Of a stretch of 64,000 nucleotides of DNA, positions 27,676 to 40,746 are shown one piece after another (the first letter of the stretch is position 1; every line of letters starts with the position of its first letter). The position numbers were made by a program, and so were the translations under genes. The stretch is from Antedon mediterranea. Its lineage: Eukaryota; Animalia; Echinodermata. The stretch is from assembly GCF_964355755.1 (NCBI RefSeq), contig NC_092673.1, forward strand, positions 11,504,948-11,568,947, written 5' to 3'. Below the pieces are notes generated by a model. It was not told where the DNA came from and ran no database searches. It saw only the letters and a program-made list of their open reading frames with translations.

Positions 27676-29051
27676 CTGTAAAAAAATGTCATTCATTATA
27701 GTATTTAACAGAAAATATATCTTGTATTCTTAAAATACCACGCCAAGCCTGTTCACTCTAAATCTTGGAGAATATTTTCTTTGAAGTTATTAAAATAGGA
27801 CAGTCCACAACAAGATAGAACTCAAAAAAGCTAGTGACATCCGTGTCAGAACAGAATATTAGTCCTTTTTTGGATTTTTTATTGTTCATTTTATGTAATT
27901 TCTATAAGGGATACAAACTGAAAATGTTGTTGATCTTAAAGACAAACCAAACATGATTACCCCCACAAATCAAGACAAAGACAAGAATTATGAAATACAT
28001 TTTTAAGGGATTTAAAAAAAAAAAATTACAAATCATAAATCTAATAAACCTTCCACGTGTATATATTAGTAATAACATTTTCTGATATTACATCTTGCAA
28101 AACCTGGAATTTTACGAGAAAATTAGACTTTTATATCCTTTTTTTAACAACCTCATGTCGTATTATTGTGTACAGCTAATGCGTCGAAGCGCGCCTGAAA
28201 TTACGAGACACCGTTAGCGCCCGTTAAAAAATACGATAACAAAGCTATAAAGCCTACACTGGTTTTATTCTTGACATTCTTTTTTTCCCCACAGGATTAC
28301 TGCGTGGATATCATAATGCATTGCATTCGCGATTATAATCTCAATTAGAGTAAGAACCAATCATTTAATGATAATCCATTTCGCGTATACGAAAGATGAT
28401 ACCTGTTACGTACTCTCACTTTCCAAAAATTAAGAGCGTATCAAAGAGACTGGTTTGGGATTCGTCTGAATCTTATCAACATTTTTAATTTTCCCCTTTC
28501 ACCCGCTGCCACCCACCGCTTCCCCCAGTGCCAATGGGGAGGAGAAGCCGGTTTGATCCTCTCTGAATCCGTCTGCCTCCACATCGTACCGATGATATGA
28601 AGATGCCCTGGTATGTGGATCAAAGGTCAGAAATGGCATTTCCGGTCATTTTTGACTAAAATGTCCAATTAGACTGAATATGAATCCATGCCTTTTCAAC
28701 ATTTTGAGACTAAAATTGACTTGCTGCGACCAGTGGTTACCAAGATACAAGTATCTATTTGTGTTTGTTCATATAACCCTTGACCTGACCTTTTGCCCTT
28801 TCGCCACATTTTCAAAATGTGTAACCAAGCCAAAAATGATTGTTTGACTATCCTAAACCAATTTCTGAAGTCAAATTCTCTGGACCTCAAATTGCATACG
28901 AAAGTTGATCTTATAGCTACTAGAGTATATTGGACGAGCAATGGCTAGTCAACAATAATTTGTAATCAGTCAACCAGCAATTGCTGACAAGAAATTTGTG
29001 GTAGCATATTTTTATATTTAAAAACAAAAAAAAAGAAAGAAAATAACTTAC

Positions 29052-29116
29052 TTGAATCTTGATCCTTGGGAGCTGCTACCTCAAAAAAGCATTCAAATAT
29101 ATGCTTGGGGTTTTCC
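29052..29116 (-). CDS. DENND1: DENND1 coding exon 2 (ENPKHIFECFFEVAAPKDQDS)
   Basis: tttttag|G GAA AAC CCC...TCA A|gtaagt, 65 nt. Similar to DENND1A QNPETTFEVYVEVAYP; phases fit both neighbours. Confidence 0.92.
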
Positions 29117-29786
29117 CTAAAAATAAATTGAAATTAAACTGTAATTGGAAATGAAGTACTGTAGTTGGCACATGATTATATTGATTGTAATTTAGATAGT
29201 AAAACAACAGTAAAGTGAAGTTAGTAGAGTATTACAAACATTTTAAAATAACTACTTATTAACGTACCATCAAAAATTATTGTTAAATTCTCAATTACTT
29301 CAGTTAAATCTTTTATCAGTTTATTTATTTGAAAAAAATGAGGGCAAATCTAAACAAAACACATGACTTGACAGTAAAATACGGATTCAGCCTCTACGTG
29401 TGTCCGGACAGATTGGATACTTACACGATGACTATTTTTGGTAATTGTACAGTACATATACATAGTTTTATTATTTATGCATTTATTGATATTGTTGAAT
29501 TTATATATTATAGATAAATAATACAATGGTATCTGTTTAATATCAAACTATTAGTTGTCATATATTTGAGCATGCTAATAAAGGAAAAACTATAAATTAT
29601 AAAAATACAGTAGGCTACATTCTTTGACATGACTATATTGATGTGTAAACCGATAAGAACATGGTCGGTACAACTGCAAGTGCTCTTTAATTCAAAGTTA
29701 CCATGTAGTAATTTATGCAGATTTTGCTCATTCATGGTCTAGACCAGCTTTCAACAAAAATATACATTAAGCAACATTAAATGTAA

Positions 29787-31261
29787 CTAGATTTAATTCG
29801 TCACTATGACGAATTATAGGTTATATGCATTGATAATTAAAATAAAGATAATTTATTTTTAAAAGATATTTTGATTCATTGATTTTTTCAGATTCTTTAA
29901 ATAATATATAATATATGATAGGACCTTGCTAACGCGAATACAATAGCCGGTATCACAATCCGATCAAAGATCCCTCTGCGTATAATGTCATAAACCACAT
30001 TTGCTGTTACATAATAATAAAGACATAAGTTATTTTTTATCTAGATTTCATTATAAATCATGTGTATAATATATACACTAAGAAATAAATTTGAACAAAC
30101 AATACGGATAATAAAAAAAAAAATTTATTTCGTTTCCCAAGGTGAGACTCGATCTCGGTACCTTGAGTGCCATAGACACGAGCACACACCACCGAGCCAT
30201 ACACAACTGACTAAAAATTGTAGAAAAATTCCTCCGTGTATTTACTATGCAGTAACCACTTTGGTGCAGATAGATTATTACATACCGCAATGAATTATAA
30301 TTTTTTACTATGATGACATCTCTAAAAATGTACAAAAATGATGCACTGTCAAACTATATACTTTTAACTTTAATATATGAACTTTTGAAGGAAGAAAGTT
30401 AATGTTAAGTTTGTTATTTTGGCCTAAGAAAATGTCATAATTTGTTTGATTGTCGAAATGAATTTTTTTTAATTTAATATGCAATTAATTATGGCTTAAT
30501 CAACTTTTGTTCCCTTAGTTTAATAATAAATCATACATAAGATACATACACTTCAAGAAAATTAAATAAAAAATATGTGTTCCCGAGCATTCTGACGATC
30601 TATATTAATTTAAAAATTTAGCATATTTTCACCATTTTGTTAACTTACACGTGCGTAGCCTGTCACTTTTGACGTGCTCGTATAAGGCAATTACGCGTTG
30701 AAAAGTGAATAAAATATGATGATATTATTAAAGAAAGGTTGTACAACCGAAATCGGACAAAAAGAGTGCGCATTACCGTATAACGCGCAGTGCGCGTGCA
30801 AAAATCTGCGCACTCATGGCAATTTTTTAAACGCTTAAAATTGCCTGAAACGTACTCTAATTTCATCGAAAATAAATTTTGACAATTTTGAACATTTTAA
30901 GCGCGCGTACGCAAGCGTTATATGCGCTACGCACGTAATTGTATTGCCATATGATGAAATATGACCTGAAATTTATGAGTACCAAATTTTGTTTAATTGT
31001 GATTCATGCTTGTGAAGATATGATTACAAACGTGATTTCGTAAAATCGCGCGTAGACCGCGTAATTTTTGATTACGCATCGTGAAAATATAACCACATCG
31101 ATTCCTGGCAATGAGGAATATACTCTGAAAACTTGACTTAGCTAGATTAAACTGATGCCAAGATAATGCACGGACAAAATAGTGCTAAGGAAAGAATAAA
31201 TAAATAAATAAAGATTTTGACAGAATCAAGAGGTTATATGCATATCATGCATATAACCTAA
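29787..31261 (-). mobile_element. HINE family A variant (subTIR TAGGTTATATGCAT)
   Basis: CTAG-ATTTAATTCGTCACTATGACGAATT-ATAGGTTATATGCAT at one end. (AATA)n and AGGTTATATGCAT-atc-ATGCATATAACCT at the other. Confidence 0.85.
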
Positions 31262-34045
31262 TTAAAATTGTGATATCTAGAATGGTTTGAGCAATTAGCT
31301 TGCATAATGTACAAAATATGTTATACTGTAGTATATAACATTTTGATTATGGACTTCACTGGTCAAATCGGGATGGAACTTCTACAAATAACTTTACTAT
31401 TAAACTAAACAATATTATTTTCATGGGTCTCACCACTTATACTTGGCGAAAAACATAAGAGGGTGGCACGTTTGGAAATGATATAGGCCTATGGCATTGT
31501 TATTTCATTTTATTTGATTGTAACATCTTTCTTCAGTTGGTAAAATTGATTCACTTTTGTAATGACTGAACCGAGCACGGCCTTTAGAATTTTTAGGCAA
31601 CAGCTTTCTGCAACTACATTTGCCTTTAAAGTAAATCTTTGTGAGAGGGTTGGATTACAGTTATTTTTAAATTTAGGATACAAACACCATAATAATGAAA
31701 AGGAATTATTTGATTTATGATGTTTGAGCCGCGCAACGTAAGTTATGAAATTTTATGGTTGATTATAAATTCTGAACAAAAATTTAATGAAACTTTTAAT
31801 ACAAAAGTATATTTCATAAGGGCAAAAAATTGTTATGTTGGCCACGCCAGATTAACCCTAAACTGACGAAAATGAAGGTCGTCATTTTTTTTTTCCGTAA
31901 GCTCTTTTGTTCAAACTTGTTATTTATTCACCCGTTCCGGCATGCACGCTAAGCCTCTAGCCTTTATTTGATAACATTTTTTAAAACTTTTGTTTATAAC
32001 CAGCATGAGCCTAGAATGCTATGAAAAGTGTTTTAAATATGGTCTTTTTGTATTATCTATGTTATAGAATTGTTTATTTTTTTGCCAGCAACACATTTTT
32101 GGTCTGGGGAAAAAAAAACTTTTTCCTACTGACTTGGCCAAACACAATATTTGTTTTTTTGGGCGTAATATGGAGCTATTTTTGACATGATAAAAGTAGC
32201 AATGCAAAAAAAAAATCAATTGCAAAAACCATTTTTCTACGCTTTGTATGTGCTGTGCACACAAGTGCGTGCGCAAAACGCAAACAATTTAGAAAATTTT
32301 GAAATGCTCAAAATGACCTGAAATGTACGCAAAATTAATTTTGCGAATTTAGAAATTTCAAATACGTGTACTCGCATAATTTTTTGCGTGGCACGCCATT
32401 TTTATCATGTCAAAATTTGGTCCATATAATAAAATACACTTTCATTGAAAAATAATTATATCACTCAGAATTTATGAGCAACCATAAAATTTCACAAAAT
32501 CATGCGTAACTTACTCCAACGTCATAAAACAAAATTTCCTGCACATCTACAGTTTAAGGTAAATCTTCTGAAAATGTTATGTTGACAAGAATTAGAGATA
32601 CATGTGCAAAAAAATTCTGGGAAAGAAATAAAGACACGAACTCGTCACTTTAACGAGTTAGTTATCCGCACCACAAACGCCACGTGCACGTGTATACATA
32701 TTACATACAGTGTAAAATAGGTGAAATTACGACCCCATTTATCAATGTTTGCATACATGATGCGACTAAAATGTCTGTAGAGACTTTGTTTTGGATTCAA
32801 ATGACTCGAATACAGGTTTCCTATAGTCAGTAAGTGACCGCTTTGTAATTCCTAAAATCACGCCTTTGTCACGCACCTCGAAATTATGCTAATTAGTAGT
32901 ACAAATTACATAATATATGCAAATACATATACATATATAAATACAGTCTTCCCATATCCCGAAAACCATTAATGCTAGAGTGTTGATTTTTTCAACGCCT
33001 TATTCAGAAGGTACATATTTATGTTTCGCTCTAATAAAACATTTTACGAAAAAATTATCGAAAGTATGACATTTGACCCTCGAGCCTATTTCTCAATATT
33101 TGCATATAATGCAACAAAAATGTATGTACAGACTTTGTTTTCGCCTCAAAACAAATAAAAAAATTCATTCGTCACAACGTGTCAACAACAAAAAAACTTA
33201 TCACAAAAGGCAATCTTTAGTTTTGAAAACAACATAATCAGACAGTTTTTTATATTAAAAATGTATAAATCGTACAATTAAATTAATTAAATATCACAAT
33301 AATATTAAATATTATGTTAGCATGTACTTGATAACATCTTTTTAGCTCCAGAGTTTTTTATTTGGTTTTTGTGTTATAAATTAGGGGTGTGGTTATGTGT
33401 ACTTTGTGCAGGTACTGTACATCAATAGGAATAAAATTGAGGGCGCTCTCCTTTCAGTTGATTTGTTCCCGGCCTACCGCCCCACATTTGTCTTTAATCC
33501 TGATCCTGTTCTGAAATTGATCCAAACCAAATCCCTCAACAACAATGCAAATGTTTTAGGGCCTATGCATATAATATAATTTTAATTATTTTAGCAGATA
33601 AAGGAGGATCATCAATAGAATAAAATGATACAAATTCTAGGCATTTATACGGTTTTTACTGATAAAATGTAATGTAGGCCTACTAATGAAATAAAACTGG
33701 TGTTCTGCAACATATTTTAATAACTTTTGCTGGGCCTAGGCCTTGTACTGTATATCTAAATCTATCTAAATAATAAATTCAGTAAAGTATTAACAAAAAC
33801 TATTAGAATAGCGACCTGTCACACAATGGTAAAACAGGCCTACAGTAGGTTGGTGTTTTTTGTAAGAAATATTTCTTGTTATAATTTATTTTGTTTACTT
33901 GTTTTATTTACAGATTTCGATATAAACACAACAAACTTTAATGTACCTTTATTTAGAAATTCAATTCAAACACAATATAAAAATGTTGATCTATTATTTT
34001 ATTAAATTACATAATTTAATTTTTACAATAAATTACTACAGTTAA

Positions 34046-34533
34046 AGACACTAGACCTGCAATTTTTTCGTTTTGCAAAAATAATGCATATAATATAACT
34101 TTAAAACCGGTCATTTCTTGTCTTAATTATGATAAAATGAGAAAAACAATGCACTACTCAAGTAGCTTCCGCCGAAAGTTCTCTCGTAGACGTTTCTAGG
34201 CCTAGCAATTAGGCTTATTGTAGGCCTAGCTGATAAAGACTGGTAACGTATGAATATCGTATGCTAGCTATTAGGCCTAGACTGACATTGTCTCGTGGCT
34301 AAATTAATTGTCTTTCCTTTTTTGGCAGAATCCAACCTGATATTTTTGCTAAAAAGTTAAGGTTCTTTTATTTGTTTACCCTTTCACGCAAGCCGCTAAA
34401 ATTATTAGAATCGACTTATTTTTAACCATTTAAAGATGAAAAAATATCACAATAGGTCCATATAATATAAATTTTTACATAAAATGTAGTGTGTGACCTT
34501 AACTTCGGTAAAAAAACCATAGGTCTAGTGTCT
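34046..34533. mobile_element. Kolobok-type MITE
   Basis: TTAA|AGACACTAGACCT...AGGTCTAGTGTCT|TTAA: perfect 13-bp TIRs starting RR, with a TTAA TSD. Confidence 0.8.
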
Positions 34534-34544
34534 TTAAGTTAAAG

Positions 34545-35754
34545 TTACTGAGCTTGTGGATAAATTTCTGAAATGTGGTTGATTATGTTTTCAAATCCTT
34601 AAAGTAAATTTTTGCCAAACTCTTTCCTCCACATAAACTCGTCTAGGTACTCACTCAACCATTCTCTCTTTACACCTTTCGTTGCCTTGAGTTTTGATTT
34701 CATTGATTCCAATATGATTTTACGTTTTGCGAATGGATTCACGAAATGTCTGGAATGATTAGCCGTGCGGTGTTTGGTGATACCAGGAATAGTAGCAATT
34801 TGTCTGTAGGGATGTCCGAATGGATGATGGTGCATGGTCGGATCTTATCTTTGATGATCGGCAGAAGTGTGGCCGCTGATCTGTTTTCTACAAACTGAAG
34901 GTATCCTCGAGCTGGTTTGGTTGTTGTCACCTAGACCAAATACCCACATTTCTCGTTCTGGTGCACGTCCACGTCCATTCTATAACAAAAACATAAGAAA
35001 TAAAACATTAAAAGTAGGAGACAATCTGGTTGTACCACGGAGGAAAGAGAATGAAATATTAATGTAGGTACACTTGTGATGTTTTTATAAGGTTTTTTTA
35101 AAACTATGTTGACTGTGTGTGTGTGTGGACAGAAGCATAATTTGACAACAACATCAAATCAGTAACTTAATTGCAGGCTGATAGTGGCAAACATTTTGAA
35201 GACGTTTACTTACATGTTTAACAGAAGTTTCTCTTGCCTAGTAGTATACAAGGTTTAACCAATCATCCATTGCTATCTTTTGTTCAGCAAGAAAGGTACC
35301 CGTCCTCATTGCAATTTTTCGGCGGCAATGATGACAGCGCCAGACTAATCCATCAGAACCTAACATGAATGAAAAACAAATACGTTAAATACATTTTGGA
35401 TTTAACATCGATGAGTAACTGAATAAATGGTATATACAATTACTGAATAATTGCACATAAAATGCAGGTAATAATAAAGACATAAAGTATACAATAGATA
35501 AGAAAAACCTCTATCGATAAGTAACAGAATAATGGTACATAAAATGACTAAATAATTGCACATAATTATTTAAATAACGCTTTTTAAATGTAATGATAAT
35601 AATGATGAGAACACTTACAGTTACGAGTAGACGTACATTGGTATGACATGACAGTATGACCAATCCTTGGCAGTTGGATAAAACTCCTTCGTTGGAAAAA
35701 GTCCAGGTAGTCATCAAATCCATTACACAAATGTGGTCCTATCTTTGGCTGCAT
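34545..35754 (-). pseudogene. Spliced Merlin (IS1595/ISXO2-like DDE) transposase pseudogene; exons ~35619-35754, 35214-35359 and 34545-34979
   Basis: Contains CSDGLVWRCHHCRRKIAMRTGTFL (Zn-finger region), GRGR..REMWVFGL, NRSAATLLPIIKDKIRPCTIIHSD, NHSRHFVNP and YLDEFMWR. GT-AG junctions are present, with matching phase between exons 1 and 2. It has stops and frameshifts, and the VxIDES exon was not found. Confidence 0.85.
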
Positions 35755-36161
35755 GGTCCTTGGTTTAAATCGCAGTAAAATATCAGAGTTGTATATATAG
35801 TTGAAAGTCTTACAAAAAATGAGTGATTTGAAGACTTATTATGTAATAATTTATTATAAACGTACCACATTGTTGTATGTGCATTTGTCATTGCGCATGC
35901 GGCGCATTCCTCTAATGAATAATGTAATCGGAACATCAATAAGACACCTTTGTAGTGTATGCTACAGCGGTTTTTGTTTCTTAATTTGATTACATATTTT
36001 TATTATTAATATTTATTCTTTCTAGGCCAACCAAATTTTTTTTAAACCCCAAGAATTAAATCACAATATTTAAACGATGAAAGAATTTGAAACACAGTAT
36101 ACATTACTAGGTTTTTGAAGACTAATTGTGACGTCTTCTGGAACCAGGCGTTGATTTATTA

Positions 36162-36731
36162 TTACCTCTGCCAAGGAGGTTATATTTTCACCCCTGTATG
36201 TTTGTGTGTGTTGTGTCTGTGAACAGCCTGGAGGACACAGTTTTCATCCGAATCTGGCCAAATTTGGCCAAAATGATCTATGCCCCAAAAGCTCGGACGA
36301 GTTCGATTTTGAGGGAAAGGTCACAAACTAACAAAAAACTATTTTACTGCCTAGAGACCAGTTTTTATCCGATTCTCACCAAACTTAGTCACAATGATCA
36401 ATGACTCATCATATAATTGTTTTTAAATTTTGAAGGGTCAAAGATCAAGGTCCACAAAAAAAAAAATAATAATAAAAAAAATAAAATAAGGATGGCATGA
36501 TAAAAAAAATAAGACCCTCTGCAGGAATTGAACCAGCGATCTCAACTGTGAGAGGCTGGATACATAACCATTACACCAAACTCTCATCCACAACTCTGTA
36601 GTAGTGTGCAGATAGCCTATTTACATTTCTAATAAAAACAATTTTTTTTTTATATATTTATTTTCCGGGGACATTTTATGTTGGGGAATTTTACAGTAGG
36701 CGGAGTTTTGTACTCTCGGAGTACCCTCTAG
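36162..36731 (+). mobile_element. Complete HINE family B copy carrying an antisense tRNA-like cassette
   Basis: TTACCTCTGCCAAGGAGGTT...GGCGGAGTTTTGTACTCTCGGAGTACCCTCTAG-TT. A tRNA-like segment is at ~36513-36585 (-). A related reverse copy is at ~990-1427. Confidence 0.8.
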
Positions 36732-39221
36732 TTACTTATATATTCAGACTGTAGGCCTACTTCTAGGCAAATTACAACAAAAAAACACAAAATCATGACT
36801 TGTACCAAACTACTGTATCTACTTGATCGTCTTGAGCCTCAAGAGCAACTACTATATGTAGGAGGAGCTATAATAGTAAGCTAATACAAAATATAAAAAT
36901 CATACATCAGCCAGCATTAAAAAGCCTGTAACATAATGGGTTCAATAATATTCATACAGTATTTAATATGTTAAGTCTATATATTTACTGTAGTCTTAGA
37001 TTTTAATAAAGACGTTCAAATCAGTATTTTAAAGAGAAAATTATAGTTACATTATAATTCTACCAATGTATTGTAGGCTAGGCCTATGTTAATTTGTACA
37101 GTATATTATTATTATTAATTAAATAAGCTGAACATTTTATATTATACAGATATTGCCTGCTTAAAGGTGAAATATAAGATTTGACATCCCCAAGGGAATG
37201 ATATTATGTTCGAGGGAATATATATTTCCCGAAGCGCAGCAGTATCAATACAGTCAATATCATCGTACTCGAGAATTTGCTGGATTTTATATGTTTAATG
37301 TTTAACAGGGACACGATAACGACGGGGAAATTACTCAGTCAATATCATCATACGCAAGGATATATACAATTTACGATCCTCGCAGCAGTAGTCCTGTGAT
37401 GCAGTTTCAACCAATCATGTTCACGTATTTACATAGGCTATGTAATATAGTGGTTTAATACTACTTTTAATGCAAATAAATTTAAATACGGTAATGTTTC
37501 ATATAAATTTTTAGCTACATGAATTTTGTTTTTTTCATATTCTACCTACATTAAATTTTATTAGTAAAAATCGTATAAATGCCTAGAATTTGTATCATTT
37601 TATTCTATTGAAGATCCTCCTTTATCTGCAAAAAATAATTTAAAATTATTAGATAGGATAGATGTACCAATTTGCTGTTGCTGTGAAAGGTCAGATCATT
37701 AATGTTAAATGTAATATAGTTGTAAGTGAATACAACAAAATTTGTCAATTATTGTATACTGTATCTTTTACTAAAATACATAAAAAAATTAATAGTGACC
37801 ACTTAATTAATAATAAATTGTTAATACTAAGGATGATCTACCAACCAGCGGTAAATGTGCACCAGTTTCAGTACCAAATTTGCGGTAATGCTTTTAATTG
37901 TTACGGCGTTCGAGTTTGGTGACTGAGTGATGTTCAACTTTATGTAAACGTGGTCATACGCCTGTATGCTTAAACCGGACTTTAGTCGTAGTTCGAGCTA
38001 AAACTTTAAAAATGACTTCATTTTAATTCATAAACCAAACTAAATCGGCAACTAAATCAGGCCAACCTCGACTAAATCGAGACAGATTTTGATAGATTTT
38101 TTTTAGTCTTCGAGGGGGCAGGCTAAATCGCCGACTAAATGGTATTTAAACGATGTTTATGAAAAATGTAACACTAAACAGTCATTGAAATATCTACGGA
38201 ACCGTATCCATACTTCTAAAAACTAAAGGTACGGTAATTATAGAGGGTGCTGTTTCCTAAATATTAAAACTTGTTCCTAAATATTAAAACTTGTTTCTAA
38301 ATAATAAAAACCTAACTCTCTAAATAATCTCTTCTAAATTAAAAATTAAACAAGAAATATTTCTTAACGCCGCTCGCTTGTTGACGTAACAGTTTTAAAG
38401 ATATATTCTCCCCCTGAAAAATATTTTTTATTTCAAATTTGTTTTTGAATGTGTCATTTTATTGTCAAAAAATAGTTATTCACGAAACAAACAATTATTT
38501 ACCTGAAAAAAATGTAATTTAAAGCAAAAAAATACTTAAATTGTCTGTCAGACAATGGTTTTTGGGTGATTATTAAAATATAATTCTAATGAGGTAAAAT
38601 AAATATTTTATATTTACTAATCATTTAATATAATATTTTATTGAATTTTACAATTTTAATACACAAAATATTTTACTCAAAAAACATGATCAATTTCGGC
38701 GATTTTTATACCTTATATTTCGGAAACTATAAGTCAGATTTTTATTATTCTTTAAAGGCGTTTTCACACAGAACTGGGGCAATATCGCGATAAGTAAGCC
38801 AGAGTTATTGCCGGTCTAGACCCGTTCTCACAGAAGGTAATATACGATAATTTTACGGTTTTCTGTGCGAAAAGCCACAGATTGAAAGGCGCAATATTTA
38901 AAGATTACTGTCTTCACAAAAAAGAGGTCACACTTTTTTAGAAAAAAAAAAGGCAGGTACCGCTGACGAAACATGCCACGCGTGCACATTATGTGTTTGC
39001 TGCTGTTGAGTGTCCGTTGTTTTGTTTTATTGGTTTTTATTTACGCTGCATAAAACCTACCTACCTACCTACCTACCTACTCCGTGCTAATAATTGTCCA
39101 ATCGTGATGCCCATTCTACAGAAACAAATCTATTAGGCCTACAAATAGAAGCTGTTTATGAGCTAGGACCAGACTAGAGGCGCGCGCACAGGAGGATGTT
39201 TCCTGCTATACTAGAACTATG

Positions 39222-40300
39222 CTAACTATAGAGAACAGCGTGTTAAGCTTAATCACACGTTGTCCTCGTTGTTGAAAGTTAACACGGGTGTTCCACAAGG
39301 TTGTGTGTTGTCACCTTTATTGTATACAATACACACAAATGATTGTAAGTCAAATAATACAAAAACTGAGATTATTAAATATGCAGACGACACTGCTCTG
39401 ATTGGTTATCTGGATTCAAAAGATGATTCAATGACAGGCTTCTTAGACAGTATTAATATTTTTCACAAATGGTGTAAAGATAATTTTTTAGATCTAAATA
39501 TAAATAAAACTAAAGAGATGGTTTTTGATTTTCGGAAGAAGATAAACTACCTTCCCAAGATCAAAATCAATGGTGAGACCATTTCGGAAGTTAAAACTTA
39601 CAAATATTTAGGGGTTGAAATTGATAATGAACTTAAATTTGATGCAAATAGTAGGTGCATATACAATAAATTACAAAAACGTCTCTTCTTTCTACGCAAA
39701 TTAAACTCTTTTAAGATTGACCGTACTATTTTACAACTTTTTTATACTTCTATCTTAAACAGTGTACTTAGTTTTTGCCTAATATGTTATTATGGTAATT
39801 CACGTTTTAAAGATAGACTTTTACTTAATAAAATAGTTAAACAAGGCAGTAGAATAGTAGGCTCTGAACAAATTCAACCTGAAGTTTTATATAAGGAATT
39901 AGTAATTAAAAAATTGAAAATTATTTTAAAAGACCACGCTCATCCTCTGCACTATAAATTTAACAAAAGTCAACGTTGTGACAGACTCCTTCAAAGAAAA
40001 ATTAAAACAAATAGATATGGCAATTCATTCGTCCCTGCTGCTATACGATTATATAATGAATGATAATATCATTCATTATATAATCGTATAATCGTATTTT
40101 ATGCGCTAGCTTTATTTTTTGTAGTATTTTAATCGACTTTTTAGGATTTTATATGTATATTTTGTATGGCTTTTTTTATCGTATTTTATATTTTATGTAC
40201 TGTATCCATTTTATATTTGTATGTACTGTATTTTTGAAAAGGCCAACAGAGTTTCCCCATGGGGATAATAAAGTTTTAATTGAATTGAATTGAATTGAAC
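39222..40300 (+). mobile_element. 5'-truncated Rex/Babar-like LINE with an uninterrupted RT C-terminal reading frame (39260-40063)
   Basis: RT motifs GVPQGCVLSPLLY, YADD, KYLG and QKRLFFLRKL. The 3' end has a CCCCATGGGG hairpin, AATAAAG and a (TTGAA)4 tail. The frame closes just upstream with TAG at 39212, consistent with 5' truncation. Confidence 0.92.
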
Positions 40301-40559
40301 TAGGGCCTAGCCTTACGTTACAGCATGTTAAATAATCTTTAGACCAACATTACTTTATAATATTATTGGTCGTACTTCTTCCATTGTATTATTTACACAC
40401 TAACCTAGACAATATATATATTTGTCTAGGTTAGTGTGTAGTGTGTTACTGTTTTACTTATCGTTTTGATTTAGATTTTCGCTTTTTTTTGTGTATCTCC
40501 ATTGAGATCCAGACACTGATACCTACAGCATTGTCATTTTTTCAGTAATTTGCCTTTGG

Positions 40560-40594
<35 letters not shown>

Positions 40595-40705
40595 ATATCA
40601 CCGGGCGGTTTAGAATTAATGTTCTTTGCCTCTTGTGTTTATGGAGATACAAAAATAAAAAGCGAAAAGCTAAATCAAAACGATAAAGTAAACAGCCAGA
40701 AAAGT

Positions 40706-40746
40706 TAGCAGAGCTTTCGGGCAACACTAGCCCTTCATCAGTGCAA
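40706..40746 (-). ncRNA. Minimal type-I hammerhead ribozyme motif in a Penelope-type fragment
   Basis: Minus strand reads TTGCA-CTGATGA-A-GGGC-TAGTGTT-GCCC-GAAA-GC-TC-TGCTA: core CUGAUGA/GAAA, 4-bp stem II and a UC cleavage site. (TA)n tracts lie on both sides. Confidence 0.65.

Noticed and set aside
36513-36585. Functional tRNA gene
   Set aside because: The acceptor and anticodon stems do not pair properly and the sequence is embedded in a repeat, so it is treated as tRNA-derived.
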